In this document: in pieces, positions 16,901-26,667 of the stretch
How positions within the stretch are numbered: the first letter of the stretch is position 1
How the letters are laid out: each line of letters starts with the position of its first letter
Source: an uncultured Nitrososphaerales archaeon
Lineage (GTDB): Archaea; Thermoproteota; Nitrososphaeria; Nitrososphaerales; Gagatemarchaeaceae
DNA: 64,000 nt
NCBI GenBank assembly: GCA_963706445.1
Contig: OY970160.1
Span: 1,280,001 to 1,344,000, forward strand
Reading direction: 5' to 3'
Translations under genes and position numbers: made by a program
Notes under the pieces: generated by a model
What the model saw: the letters and a program-made list of their open reading frames with translations, nothing else
What the model was told of the DNA's origin: nothing
Database searches by the model: none

Positions 16901-17523
16901 AGGTCGCCGTAATCGGGGGGACAGGAAGCATGGGGAAGGCGGTGGCGAGGAAGCTTGCCCAGAACAACCAGGTGATCATCGGGTCCAGAGATCCGTCGAA
17001 GGCGAAGGCAGCGGCGAAAGACATACCAGGGGCGACAGGGGCTGACTACCTGACCGCAGCTAGAGAGTCGAATGCAATAGTCTTCGCAATCCCCCATTCA
17101 GCGATTGATACCGTGGCCGAGCTTGCGGATGCCGTGGCCGGGAAGCTGGTGATTTCCATGATTAACCCGTTGAAGATGGAAGGGGGACTGCTCGCCTACG
17201 CATTCGATGACGGTTCGGCGGCCGAGCGCCTTGCAAGAGTCCTTCCGAAAAGCAGGGTGGCCACGGCGTTCAACAACGTTCCTGCAGGGTTCCTCAGGGA
17301 TGAGATCGTCCCTCCGGTCGACATACTGATCGCCGCAGACTCGAAGGAGACCTACGAGGAAGCGGCCGAGCTAGTTAGAGGGATCAGGGAGATGCGCCCC
17401 CTTCACGCGGGGCCGCTTTCCGAGGCCAGGATGGTGGAGTGCATAACGCCGCTCGTGCTCAACCTAGCCAAATTCAACGGGATGGGAGCGCTTACGACGC
17501 GATTCGTCACTAGAAAGGGATAG
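16897..17523 (+). CDS. npdG: F420H2:NADP+ oxidoreductase
   Basis: IGGTGSMG, IGSRD, SAAE, AFNNV, AGPL..A..VE..TPL. Confidence 0.88.
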   Translation: MKVAVIGGTGSMGKAVARKLAQNNQVIIGSRDPSKAKAAAKDIPGATGADYLTAARESNAIVFAIPHSAIDTVAELADAVAGKLVISMINPLKMEGGLLAYAFDDGSAAERLARVLPKSRVATAFNNVPAGFLRDEIVPPVDILIAADSKETYEEAAELVRGIREMRPLHAGPLSEARMVECITPLVLNLAKFNGMGALTTRFVTRKG

Positions 17524-17527
17524 CCAG

Positions 17528-18407
17528 TTAAAGTTCGGGTACATCCTTCCCAACTATGGGGACAAGATTACCCCGATGCAGCTGGTGGAGATTTCAAGAG
17601 CCTGCGAGGAAGCGGGATTGGATTCGGCCTGGGCCACGGACCACGTCATAATGCCCCTGGAGTTGAGGGAGCCGTACGGACAGCTAATCGAGCCCTTGGT
17701 GACACTGAGCTTCATCGCTTCGGCCTGCCCCCGACTGAAGGTGGGGACGTCGTGCGTAGTCCTCCCCCAGAGGAACCCGATACTACTCGCGAAGCAGGCA
17801 GCAGCCCTGGACGTCTTCTCAGGGGGCAGGCTGATCCTCGGGTTCGGGGCCGGATGGGTTGAGAGGGAGTTCGAATTCCTCAATGCCAATTTCCGAAGGA
17901 GAGGAAAGGTCATGGACGAGAGCATCAGGCTGATGAAGGCCCTCTGGAGGGACGATGTAGTCGGCTTCGAGGGTGAGTTCTTCAGGGTGAAGGAGGCTCT
18001 GTTTTTGCCAAAGCCTCTCAGGAGAGACATCCCTGTCTGGATCGGGGGGAAAGGCGACACAGCCGTCAACAGGACCATCCGGCTGGGAGACGGGTGGCAC
18101 CCGGTGGGCATCGAGTTGGCCGAGTTCGGCGATCGTGCGGCTAAGGTCAGGGATGCGCGCAAGGACGTGATGATTTCCCTGAGGATGACCACCGACGTCA
18201 GGAAGAAACGGGAAACGTATGTCGGCGCCAACAGCGAGCGGAGGGTCGCGGTGTCAGGGAGCGCAGATGAAATCAGGGAAAGAGATAGACGCCTATGCTC
18301 AGGCAGGGCTCCAATATTACTGCGCATCCATGAACCACCCTTCTGCGGCAGACATCATGGCCGATATCAAGAAGTTCGCGGCCGAAGTGGTGCGGTCGTA
18401 TTCCTAG
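17528..18407 (+). pseudogene. LLM-class (probably F420-dependent) oxidoreductase with a frameshift near 18277 and no canonical start
   Basis: KFGYILPNYG, WATDH, LPQRNP..LAKQAAALD..SGGRL.LG.GAGW. The C-terminus continues in another frame (KEIDAYAQAG...FAAEVV) to a stop forming a CTAG overlap with the convergent gene. May be an assembly error. Confidence 0.75.
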
Positions 18408-18931
18408 TACGCGTCGTAGGTCGTGAGCCCGTCCTTCCAACCGGCATATAGGAGCGGCTTGTACCTGCGGAAGTTCCAGAAGTTAGAGAAGGCGCTGGTC
18501 GCGTAGGCAGCAGAGACCTGACCGATGACCAGCGTGTGGTCTCCCGTCTTGGTCTCTGAGGAGACGGAGCACTCGAGGGTGGCCTGGGCCCCTACGATGG
18601 CCGGGACGTTGAGCTTTACGCCCTTTGTATGCTTGAGGCCGACCGCGGCCAGCTTGTCCTTCACGCTTGTGCCGTGAGTGGTGGCAAGTCCGTCGATGGC
18701 CGAAGTGTGGCTTCTGTCGAGGAGGGAGAGCGAGAAGGCACCAGCCCTGATGGCGAGTTTGCAAGTGAAACTCTCAGGGTTGCAGGCGACGGCCACGAGG
18801 GGGGGCGAGGTGGACACGGAGGCGTACGAGACGACCGGCATGGCGGAGACCCTCCCCCTCCATTGTGAGGCGAACACCGCGGGGACCTGGGGGTAGAAGA
18901 GGCGGTGTATCAGAGAGGGGTCGACCTTCAA
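18404..18931 (-). CDS. Flavin reductase (DIM6/NTAB) family protein
   Basis: VS.SPPLVAV, F.LSLL, LECSV, GDHTLVIG.V. Confidence 0.9.
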   Translation of the reverse strand: MKVDPSLIHRLFYPQVPAVFASQWRGRVSAMPVVSYASVSTSPPLVAVACNPESFTCKLAIRAGAFSLSLLDRSHTSAIDGLATTHGTSVKDKLAAVGLKHTKGVKLNVPAIVGAQATLECSVSSETKTGDHTLVIGQVSAAYATSAFSNFWNFRRYKPLLYAGWKDGLTTYDAY

Positions 18932-18971
18932 ACCCGGTCAGAGTTGGCCCCCGGCGTAGTTAAGGTGGACG

Positions 18972-19610
18972 CTAAGATACTACGAAGTTGGTAGTCAGGA
19001 CGTCCCCCCACTCGTCAGCGAGGACCGCGGTGTATACCCCGGGCTGCACCTGATACTCCGAAGTGGACCCGTTAAACTCCAGTGTGGTCTGGATCGTCCA
19101 GATGTAGGGAGTGCCGCCGATGTCGACCAGGGCCTTGGAGGAGTGCGCTTCGAAGAGGTAGTAAGATGGAGCGGCGGGCTCCACCGGGCAGTGGTAGGGC
19201 ACGATTATGGGGATGAGGGAGCCCTGGGTGAGGTTGTCCTGTGTGTAGTGCCCCTCCATCACCCCGACGCCGATTGGCCAACCGTTGGTGCACCCCCTGC
19301 CCATAAGGCGGGAGGACTGGGAGACTCCCCAGGTGTCGGACCCTGTGACGTTCTCCACAGAGGAGGAGGTGCTGTTAACCCAGCCTGAGACGAGGATCCC
19401 GCCCGTTGGCTCCACCGAGGTGGAGTTGATCGTGAGGTACATGGTGAATCCGTAGGGGGAGACGGCGGAGACCGAGGCCTGGAAGACGTCATGGGCAGGG
19501 TTCAGGTAGGGAGGGATGAAAATGGCCGCAAATATCGTGATCACGATAGATGCGAGGACGATCGCCATGTTCCTGACGCTCTTCTTGTAGGCGATGTCGT
19601 CGGGGTCCAA
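18972..19610 (-). CDS. Membrane-anchored secreted hypothetical protein
   Basis: Probable TTG start at 19610; TM helix then a beta-rich domain ending GVYTAVLADEWG. The upstream part of the track ORF overlaps the aminopeptidase. Confidence 0.75.
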   Translation of the reverse strand: MDPDDIAYKKSVRNMAIVLASIVITIFAAIFIPPYLNPAHDVFQASVSAVSPYGFTMYLTINSTSVEPTGGILVSGWVNSTSSSVENVTGSDTWGVSQSSRLMGRGCTNGWPIGVGVMEGHYTQDNLTQGSLIPIIVPYHCPVEPAAPSYYLFEAHSSKALVDIGGTPYIWTIQTTLEFNGSTSEYQVQPGVYTAVLADEWGDVLTTNFVVS

Positions 19611-19645
19611 GGACAGGCCCACGGGTCTATTCGAGATTCTTAACC

Positions 19646-22078
19646 CTAGTTGCGGCTGCTTGTCTTCAATCCCAGGAGGCGCTTGCGGAGCTTCGAGTTG
19701 ATTCCCAGATGCTCCATCGCCCTGGAGTAGGTCGAGCCCCCTTCCTTGAGGCGCTTGCCTGAGAAGAATCTCTTGACCTTGGCTTCCTCTGTGACCCCGC
19801 AGACCGGGAGGACGTACCCCATGTACAGGAAAAACTGCTGGGAGCCAGCGTAGAGCCCTTTCATGCCCTCGTAGTTCTTCGTAATCCACCTCCAGAGGAC
19901 GTCTCTGGCGTGCGGGTTGTAGGCGCTGTAAATAATCGGGTAGGCAGAGTCCGAGCGGCTTACTTCGCCGCTTATCCCGAGGTTCAGGGTGTCTTCGATA
20001 AGCTTCGGGTCCTCGAAGGCACAGAGGCCGGTATAGAGCTTGGCTCTGTCCACCTCGTTCTGATTCGTCTTCACCATGCTCAGGAGGCGTTCTTTCGCCC
20101 TTGCGCCGTGAGTGACCGCGTAACCTACGGCAACAGCTTCCTTCAGGTTAGGGTCCAAGGTTTCGAACTGGTCGAACCTCGACGCCATCTTCCGCGCGAA
20201 GCCCTGGTCGATACTGGCCCACTGCGAGGCCAGCGTCTCTCTGGCAGCTCCGACGTACTCCGGCTCTCCCTGGCGGCGGTCCACGCCGATCTTTCCAAGC
20301 AGGGCAGGGAAGAACTTCGGGTACACAGCCTTCAGCGCGGGAGAGTCCCCCGCAATCGCCGTCAACGTCACGAGCTGATCGCTGGCGGTCTCTACTGTGA
20401 TGGTGTCCGGGGTTTGTCCGCACAGTGCGAGGAACCTGAAGTAGACGTCGGGCTCGACCACTCCCGCCTGCAGGAAGAGGTAGAGGTCGTTCATCAGCCC
20501 TGCCCTGTCAGGGGGGGTCAGTCTGGCGAAGTTGGCCGCGAGGCGCTCGTACCCAGGCTTATCATACAGGACTGTGAAGAAGCCGGTGTGCCCGATGTTT
20601 ACCAGAAGTTCTTTCTTAGTGGTCGCCTTCACTGTCGTGGACTTGCCCTCGAGGAGGAATGATGTCTCCTTGCCGTCGGCACGAATTGAGATGGGGACAG
20701 GCCACACCCCCTTCGGAGCCTTTCCGACGAGGCGGAATGGCCGTTGGGAGAGACTGACCTTCCCTGGAGAGGTGCTGACCTCTATCACAGGATACCCTGG
20801 CTTGGTGAGCCATTCCCGGGCGACTCGGGTCACCGGGAGCTTGGAGGCCTTCCCAAGCGAGTCCCAGAGATCCTTGCCCGAAGCGTTGGAATAGCTGAAC
20901 CGGCGGAGGTAGTCCGATACGCCCTTACGGAAGGCCTGTTCCCCGACGTATGCCTCAAGCATCCTCAGTACGCTCGCGCCCTTGTTGTAGCTGATGGCGT
21001 CGAAGATGTGCATCGCGTCCTCGACCCTCGTGATGTGGGCCTGCACCGGGTGGGTGGTGGAAAGGGCATCCTGTTCGAGGGCCCTGAAGGTCTCGTCTCT
21101 GATGAACTCGCTCCACATCCCCCATTCAGGGCGGATCCTGTCGGTCATCTTGTAAGACATGAACGTAGCAAAGCTCTCGTTGAGCCAGAGGTCATCCCAC
21201 CACTTCATTGTCACTAAGTCCCCGAACCACTGGTGGGCGACTTCGTGCACCATCGAAAGCGCGCCTCTGTTCTTCTGTCCGAAGCTCGTGGTCTCCGTAA
21301 CCAGCGCGTAGCCTTCTCTTGACGAAATGGCCCCCCAGTTTTCCATGGCTCCGGTGTGATACTCTGGGAGGGCGACGACATGGAGCTTCTTGAGGGGGTA
21401 GGGGACGTCGTAGTAGCTCTGGTAGTCGGCCAGGGCTTCAGCCACTATCTTCAGCACGAGCTCGGAGTTCTCTGACTGCCCGGGGCGCGTCGCAGTGATC
21501 ACCTCCACGTTCCCCGAGGGCATGCTCCTTTCCTCGAACTTCCCGATGGCGAAGAAGAAGAGGTAGGTCGACATCCGCGGGGTCTGCTGGAACACGAACC
21601 TGTTTCTTCTGTCACCGGTGGGTTTCTTGACCTCGACGGGGGTGTTCGAGATCACGGTGAGGTCGGGGTCGGTGATTATTTCCAGCCTGAAGACCGCCTT
21701 GTGGGCTGGGTCGTCGACGCAGGGGAACACAGTCCGGGCCTCTGCAGGCTCGAGGTCGGTGGCGAGGACGTAGTCCTTGCCGTACTTCGACTTGTAAAGG
21801 CCGAAGATAGTGTTGTCTTGTACTACCTTGGTATAATCGATCTCGACGAGGGAGCTCCTGGCGGGAACCCCATAGACTTTCAGCTTGGAGTGCTTTTCGT
21901 CCAAGTCGAACTTGGCGGTTTTGCCGTCTACAGATACCGAGCCTATCTTGAGCTGTGAAGAGTCGAGGGCTAGTGGTTTTGGCGCCCCTTTGATCCTGAT
22001 GCCTACCTTGCCTTTGACGGATGCCTTGTAGAAGTCGATGTCCAATTGGAGGTCGTAGGACTCTATCTCCAGAGCCAT
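19646..22078 (-). CDS. M1 family aminopeptidase (tricorn-interacting factor F2/F3-like)
   Basis: GAMENWG, HEVAHQW...LNESF, ISYNKG. Confidence 0.96.
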   Translation of the reverse strand: MALEIESYDLQLDIDFYKASVKGKVGIRIKGAPKPLALDSSQLKIGSVSVDGKTAKFDLDEKHSKLKVYGVPARSSLVEIDYTKVVQDNTIFGLYKSKYGKDYVLATDLEPAEARTVFPCVDDPAHKAVFRLEIITDPDLTVISNTPVEVKKPTGDRRNRFVFQQTPRMSTYLFFFAIGKFEERSMPSGNVEVITATRPGQSENSELVLKIVAEALADYQSYYDVPYPLKKLHVVALPEYHTGAMENWGAISSREGYALVTETTSFGQKNRGALSMVHEVAHQWFGDLVTMKWWDDLWLNESFATFMSYKMTDRIRPEWGMWSEFIRDETFRALEQDALSTTHPVQAHITRVEDAMHIFDAISYNKGASVLRMLEAYVGEQAFRKGVSDYLRRFSYSNASGKDLWDSLGKASKLPVTRVAREWLTKPGYPVIEVSTSPGKVSLSQRPFRLVGKAPKGVWPVPISIRADGKETSFLLEGKSTTVKATTKKELLVNIGHTGFFTVLYDKPGYERLAANFARLTPPDRAGLMNDLYLFLQAGVVEPDVYFRFLALCGQTPDTITVETASDQLVTLTAIAGDSPALKAVYPKFFPALLGKIGVDRRQGEPEYVGAARETLASQWASIDQGFARKMASRFDQFETLDPNLKEAVAVGYAVTHGARAKERLLSMVKTNQNEVDRAKLYTGLCAFEDPKLIEDTLNLGISGEVSRSDSAYPIIYSAYNPHARDVLWRWITKNYEGMKGLYAGSQQFFLYMGYVLPVCGVTEEAKVKRFFSGKRLKEGGSTYSRAMEHLGINSKLRKRLLGLKTSSRN

Positions 22079-22110
22079 GTCGCCTGCTTCACGGGGGAAA
22101 ACCAGGGGGA

Positions 22111-24405
22111 TTAAAGGCTGGGGGAAGGCGTTGGGGGGCGTCTACGGCCTCTCATGGCAACGACCAGGGCGGTTACGACCCCCACCAGGGCGACTATGGC
22201 AAGGCCTACTATGAGAGGGCTCAGGGTGAAGGTGGCTGAGATGGTCTCAGGGGAGCCTACGGTCGTAGACAGCAGAGCGCCCGACCCAGATCCCGAGGAC
22301 CCCCACCCTGAGAAGCTGTATATGGGTGAGGAGGGAGTCGCCTGTAGGGTCAGGGTCGACCCCTTGGGCAAGTAGATGATGGTGCTGCCCCCCTGAGCAA
22401 GGGTACCGTTCCCGGTTGGAGAGGCGTATCTGACGGAGCCGCCGGAACCTGCGTCAACGGTCACTCCGAGGAAGAACTTCGCATCCTCGGCGACAGGACC
22501 AGTCACCACGACTGTCGCCGTATTCGATGGGCCAGAGAAGGATCCGGAGCCGGTGCCTGTCCATCCAACGAACTTCCACCCCTGATTGGCGGTCGCAAAA
22601 ATCTCAACAGTGGTCCCCGCGTCCGACCACGCGCTTGTCAGATTGGCAGTCCCTCCTTCGGCCGGGGTCGCCACCGAAGTTATGGTGAACTGGCGGTGGT
22701 AGGTTACAGTCTCGGTCGCAGGGCCGGTCGCGGTCCCGTTCACACCTTGCGAAGCGTACCACCTCTCGGTGGAGCCGCTTCCTTGCAGGAGGCTGGGCAA
22801 GGACCAGGCCGATTCGGCGTCAAGATAGTATGTCGTCGAGTTCGTTACCTCCACCGAGTAAGAGGCTCCGAACTGCGTGCCGGAAAGCAGGGGTGCACTC
22901 TCGGAACCCCCACCCACGACCCGATACCCAATCGCGAGCCCATACTGATGATAGTAAGTCGTGATGATGATTGTTTGCGTCCCCGACGCGGTCCAGGAGT
23001 AATCCAGTGAGGCCCACCTTTCCCCTGACGAAGACCCTGCCAGGCTGGCGGGATAGGAGAAGGTGGTATCGGCGTCTACCCACGCGCTCCCGTTCCCCGC
23101 CTGCATCTGCGGTGAACCGAATTCGGTGGATTGGGTCTGCGGAGAAGCGTATCCCGAGCCGCCCCCTTTGATTGAATAGGCGAAGCTGACCAGGTATTGG
23201 TGGAAGTAAAGCAAGGCTTCGCTGTGCGATGACGTGACCGTCCCCGCTGTTGGCTGATTTGTCTCCCACCTTTCGGAAGAAGTTCCTCCTGCGAGGGTAG
23301 ACGATACCTGCCAAGAGCTCCCGTTGTCTGCGAAGAACGTCTTGGGAGTCTCGCTGATGTTCGCGATCTGCTCCATGCCGTTGAGGACGTAACTCAGGGT
23401 CGGCGGCGAATAGCCGGTGCCTCCGCCTGAAATCGAATAGCTCAGCGTCAGGATTGCCGTGTTCAGAGGCCCAGTGATGAAAATGTAGGCGTCGGCATAC
23501 TCGGTGGCGCCGTCCAGGGAGAGGATCCTGAGCTGGCTGGGGTCCATGAAGGTGTAGGGTTGCGAATACCCAAAGACGGATGCGGAGGTGTTGCTGTTGA
23601 ATTCGTCTGCCCACAGGGTTGCAGACAGGAGGGGCGTCGATGGGTTGGAATAGGTAACCTTCCCTTCTGCTCCGAAGTATAGGTCGGCATGGTACCATTC
23701 CGTCATGAGCCCGGAGAAGAAGCCGTTGGGGTTGGCCTGTGAGTGGAGGCCGATGAAGGAGTCCCCCACGGCCGTGAACGACTCGACGACAGAGGCGCTG
23801 GTGTTCCAGTCGTGGACGAGGAAGTTTACCTCGCCGCCTACAAAGTAGAGCTTCAGGAGGACCTTATCCCCATCGTTGACAGGACCCGAGAAGGGCGACA
23901 GACCGCCTCCCCCCTCCGGAGGGAAGATGCTCGCCTTCGATGAATTGAACACTTCGTAAAGTGAGTTGAACCCGGCGTTGTAACCCCCGCTCTGATATGG
24001 CCAGTCGTAGGCCAGGCCAACCTGATACCAGTAGCCGCCGTTGGTCAGCCCGTTCAGTAGGTACCCCGGTCCGAACCCGTTCTCGTCCGACTGGGCCACC
24101 GCGGTCACGTTGTACGCCAGGGCTCTGAAACCCTGGGAGAACGATATCCCCAGCTGCTCATCATAGTCCGCCTGAACGGAAGAGGGCTGGCCGTCCTGGC
24201 CTGTAGCAGGAAGGGCCCCCGCAGGGTCCGGGGGGGTCGGATTGACCGTGGAGACAGCCCCCGCGTGGTTTGAGCCAGAAACCAGGAGCAGCAGAGCCGA
24301 AAGAAACACAAGAACCTTCAGGCCCGTAGGCAACCCGAGACCAGAAAACCCTAACTGACTCTTAGGTCTTGTGAGCTTAAAGTACAGGAGGGAGGCTCTT
24401 GGCAA
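22111..24405 (-). CDS. Large cell-surface protein: thermopsin/G1-peptidase-like N-domain, tandem repeats, InlB-B-like domains, C-terminal anchor
   Basis: Signal-like segment; YWYQVG and LMTEWY; three GGGSGY..P...ERW...YYHQY repeats; GWKFVGWTG and YSFSGWG; C-terminal TM plus RRR. Confidence 0.75.
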   Translation of the reverse strand: MPRASLLYFKLTRPKSQLGFSGLGLPTGLKVLVFLSALLLLVSGSNHAGAVSTVNPTPPDPAGALPATGQDGQPSSVQADYDEQLGISFSQGFRALAYNVTAVAQSDENGFGPGYLLNGLTNGGYWYQVGLAYDWPYQSGGYNAGFNSLYEVFNSSKASIFPPEGGGGLSPFSGPVNDGDKVLLKLYFVGGEVNFLVHDWNTSASVVESFTAVGDSFIGLHSQANPNGFFSGLMTEWYHADLYFGAEGKVTYSNPSTPLLSATLWADEFNSNTSASVFGYSQPYTFMDPSQLRILSLDGATEYADAYIFITGPLNTAILTLSYSISGGGTGYSPPTLSYVLNGMEQIANISETPKTFFADNGSSWQVSSTLAGGTSSERWETNQPTAGTVTSSHSEALLYFHQYLVSFAYSIKGGGSGYASPQTQSTEFGSPQMQAGNGSAWVDADTTFSYPASLAGSSSGERWASLDYSWTASGTQTIIITTYYHQYGLAIGYRVVGGGSESAPLLSGTQFGASYSVEVTNSTTYYLDAESAWSLPSLLQGSGSTERWYASQGVNGTATGPATETVTYHRQFTITSVATPAEGGTANLTSAWSDAGTTVEIFATANQGWKFVGWTGTGSGSFSGPSNTATVVVTGPVAEDAKFFLGVTVDAGSGGSVRYASPTGNGTLAQGGSTIIYLPKGSTLTLQATPSSPIYSFSGWGSSGSGSGALLSTTVGSPETISATFTLSPLIVGLAIVALVGVVTALVVAMRGRRRPPTPSPSL

Positions 24406-24407
24406 GC

Positions 24408-26600
24408 CTACTCTTTGTCGATGAACTCTTCTGGCTTCGGTGGGTCGGGCGGGAGTCCCTTCCTCTTGCGGATCTCTGTGACCAGGGGCCAGAGCATGTT
24501 CTGGGGGACCGCCTGCCAGGTCTTGAAGTGGGTGTTCCAGACTGCCTTGCCTGCTGTGGCGCCCCTCATCTTTTCGCTCAAATCGAATGTCTCCGAGGCC
24601 GGGATCTCTCCCTCGACCACGGTCATGACCTCTCTCTGGTCGATCTTGACCAGCTTCCCCCGCTTCGAGCTGATGACCCCCGTTATTGCACCGATGAGGT
24701 CTGACGGACCCTTGACTTCGATCCCGAGTATAGGCTCAAGCAGAGTCGGGTTGGCCGTGAGCATGGCTCCCAGGATGGCGCGCCTCGAGGCGGGCATCAG
24801 CTGCGCGTATGTCCTGTGAGCGGCGTCCTCGTGCGGGACGAAGTTGGTGAGCGCAACCTTCACCCCTCTCGTGAACTCATAGGCGAGCGGCCCGTTCTTC
24901 ATGATGTCGTCGAACCCGGCTCGGATAGAGTCCATTGACTCCTGAAGGAACTGGACCCCCTTCGTTACCTCTGTGAGCACGTTCCCTCTCTCGTCTATGC
25001 CCTGGAAGTTCCTCGCCTGATCGGGGTCCCAGCCGTGGTCTCGGAGGGTTTTGATGACAAGTTTCTTCTCGATGTTCTCGCTTATCGTCCCGTTGCGGAT
25101 GAGCTCGATCACGTCAGCCTCCAACGGCTCGACCTCGATGAAGATCTTGTTGTGCCTGTTCGGTGACCTAGACATTATCGGCCCTGCCCGGGCACGGATG
25201 GTCTCCCTGTAGTTGATGATCGGCGGTGAGGTGATTATCTCGAGTCCAGCGGCCTGAATCTGGGAGGTCGCTATCTCCAGATGGAGCACCCCCATGCCCG
25301 CCATCAGGGTTTCGCCCGACTCCTGGTTTATGGTAATCACCAGGTTCGGGTCCTCGATGTTGAGCCTGCGCATGACCTCGACGAGCTTCGGCAGGTCCCT
25401 AGGGTGCTTCGCTTCGACGGCCACCGTCACGACCGGTTCGCTGACGTAGTGGATCGATTCGAAGGTCGCGACCCCCTTCAGGTTCGAAATCGTCTCCCCG
25501 GACCGTATGTCGAGGCCGAGCAGCGCGGGGATGTTCCCCGCTGGGAGCGAGTCGACTATCTCCCTCTGGAAGCCCATGAATATTTGGACGGACTGAATCT
25601 TCCCCTCCCGCTTGGAGTTGAGCAGGTAGACCTGGTCCCCGTTGGAGACGCTGCCTGAGAACAGGCGGCCCGTGGCCACCAGACCGGCGGCGGGGTCGAC
25701 GACGACGTTGGTGACCATCATTACCGTGGGACCGTTTTCGTCGCAGGAGAGCAGTGCCTTGCCCACGTCGCTGTTAAGGTCCCCCTGCGACCAGATCTTG
25801 GGGATACGATAGGCCTGGGCGATGTGAGGAGGCGGGTGGTGCCTTACGACCATACCCAGCAGCGCTTCGTGGAGCGGCAGCTTCTTTCCCAGCTCTTCGG
25901 GGGTCGACGTACTGTATGCGTTGATGATGTCCTTGAAGGACACCCCTGCGGACTTGGCCATGTCGAAGTTGAACCCCCACTTGTCCTTCGAGGAGCCGAA
26001 GGCAACCTGGGCGTCCTGGACGGACACCTTCCACTTCTGCTTGTACTCGGGCTCGGCGTAGGTGTCGACGAGGCGGTTGAAGTCCCTGACTATGCCGAAG
26101 AGCCACTCCTGCATCTTCTCTGGGGTAAGGCGAAGCTCCTTGATCAGACGGTCTATCTTGTTAATGTAAACCACAGGGCGTACCCGTTCTTCCAGAGCCT
26201 GCCGGGTGACGGTCTCCGTCTGGGTCATGATCCCCTCGACGGCGTCTATCACTACAACCGCCCCATCCACGGCCCTCAGCGACCTGGTGACCTTCCCTGT
26301 GAAGTCGATGTGGCCTGGGGTGTCAATCAGATTGATCACGTACGGCCTGGCTCCCTGCTCATAGTACAGCGTGACGTTGGCCGCCTTGATTGTCATCTGC
26401 CTCTGCTGCTCGAGCTCCATGTAGTCTAGTGCCAAAGCCTGGCCGGCGACAGATGGAGAGAGCATCCCGCAGGCCGCGAGGAGGCTGTCAGAGGTGGTGG
26501 TCTTCCCGTGGTCTACGTGCGCGATTATCCCTATGTTGCGTATCTGGTCCTTGTTGTGGACTATCTTTAGTGCCTCGGCAGTTGTCTTGAAACGCGGCAT
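24408..26600 (-). CDS. fusA: Translation elongation factor EF-2
   Basis: AHVDHGKTT, DTPGH, NKID, diphthamide loop HEDAAHR. Confidence 0.99.
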   Translation of the reverse strand: MPRFKTTAEALKIVHNKDQIRNIGIIAHVDHGKTTTSDSLLAACGMLSPSVAGQALALDYMELEQQRQMTIKAANVTLYYEQGARPYVINLIDTPGHIDFTGKVTRSLRAVDGAVVVIDAVEGIMTQTETVTRQALEERVRPVVYINKIDRLIKELRLTPEKMQEWLFGIVRDFNRLVDTYAEPEYKQKWKVSVQDAQVAFGSSKDKWGFNFDMAKSAGVSFKDIINAYSTSTPEELGKKLPLHEALLGMVVRHHPPPHIAQAYRIPKIWSQGDLNSDVGKALLSCDENGPTVMMVTNVVVDPAAGLVATGRLFSGSVSNGDQVYLLNSKREGKIQSVQIFMGFQREIVDSLPAGNIPALLGLDIRSGETISNLKGVATFESIHYVSEPVVTVAVEAKHPRDLPKLVEVMRRLNIEDPNLVITINQESGETLMAGMGVLHLEIATSQIQAAGLEIITSPPIINYRETIRARAGPIMSRSPNRHNKIFIEVEPLEADVIELIRNGTISENIEKKLVIKTLRDHGWDPDQARNFQGIDERGNVLTEVTKGVQFLQESMDSIRAGFDDIMKNGPLAYEFTRGVKVALTNFVPHEDAAHRTYAQLMPASRRAILGAMLTANPTLLEPILGIEVKGPSDLIGAITGVISSKRGKLVKIDQREVMTVVEGEIPASETFDLSEKMRGATAGKAVWNTHFKTWQAVPQNMLWPLVTEIRKRKGLPPDPPKPEEFIDKE

Positions 26601-26667
26601 AGGCTCCGACGACCCTTGAAACGACCCTTCGACTACGGGTTATGAAGCTTTCCTTCGAAAAAGGAGG

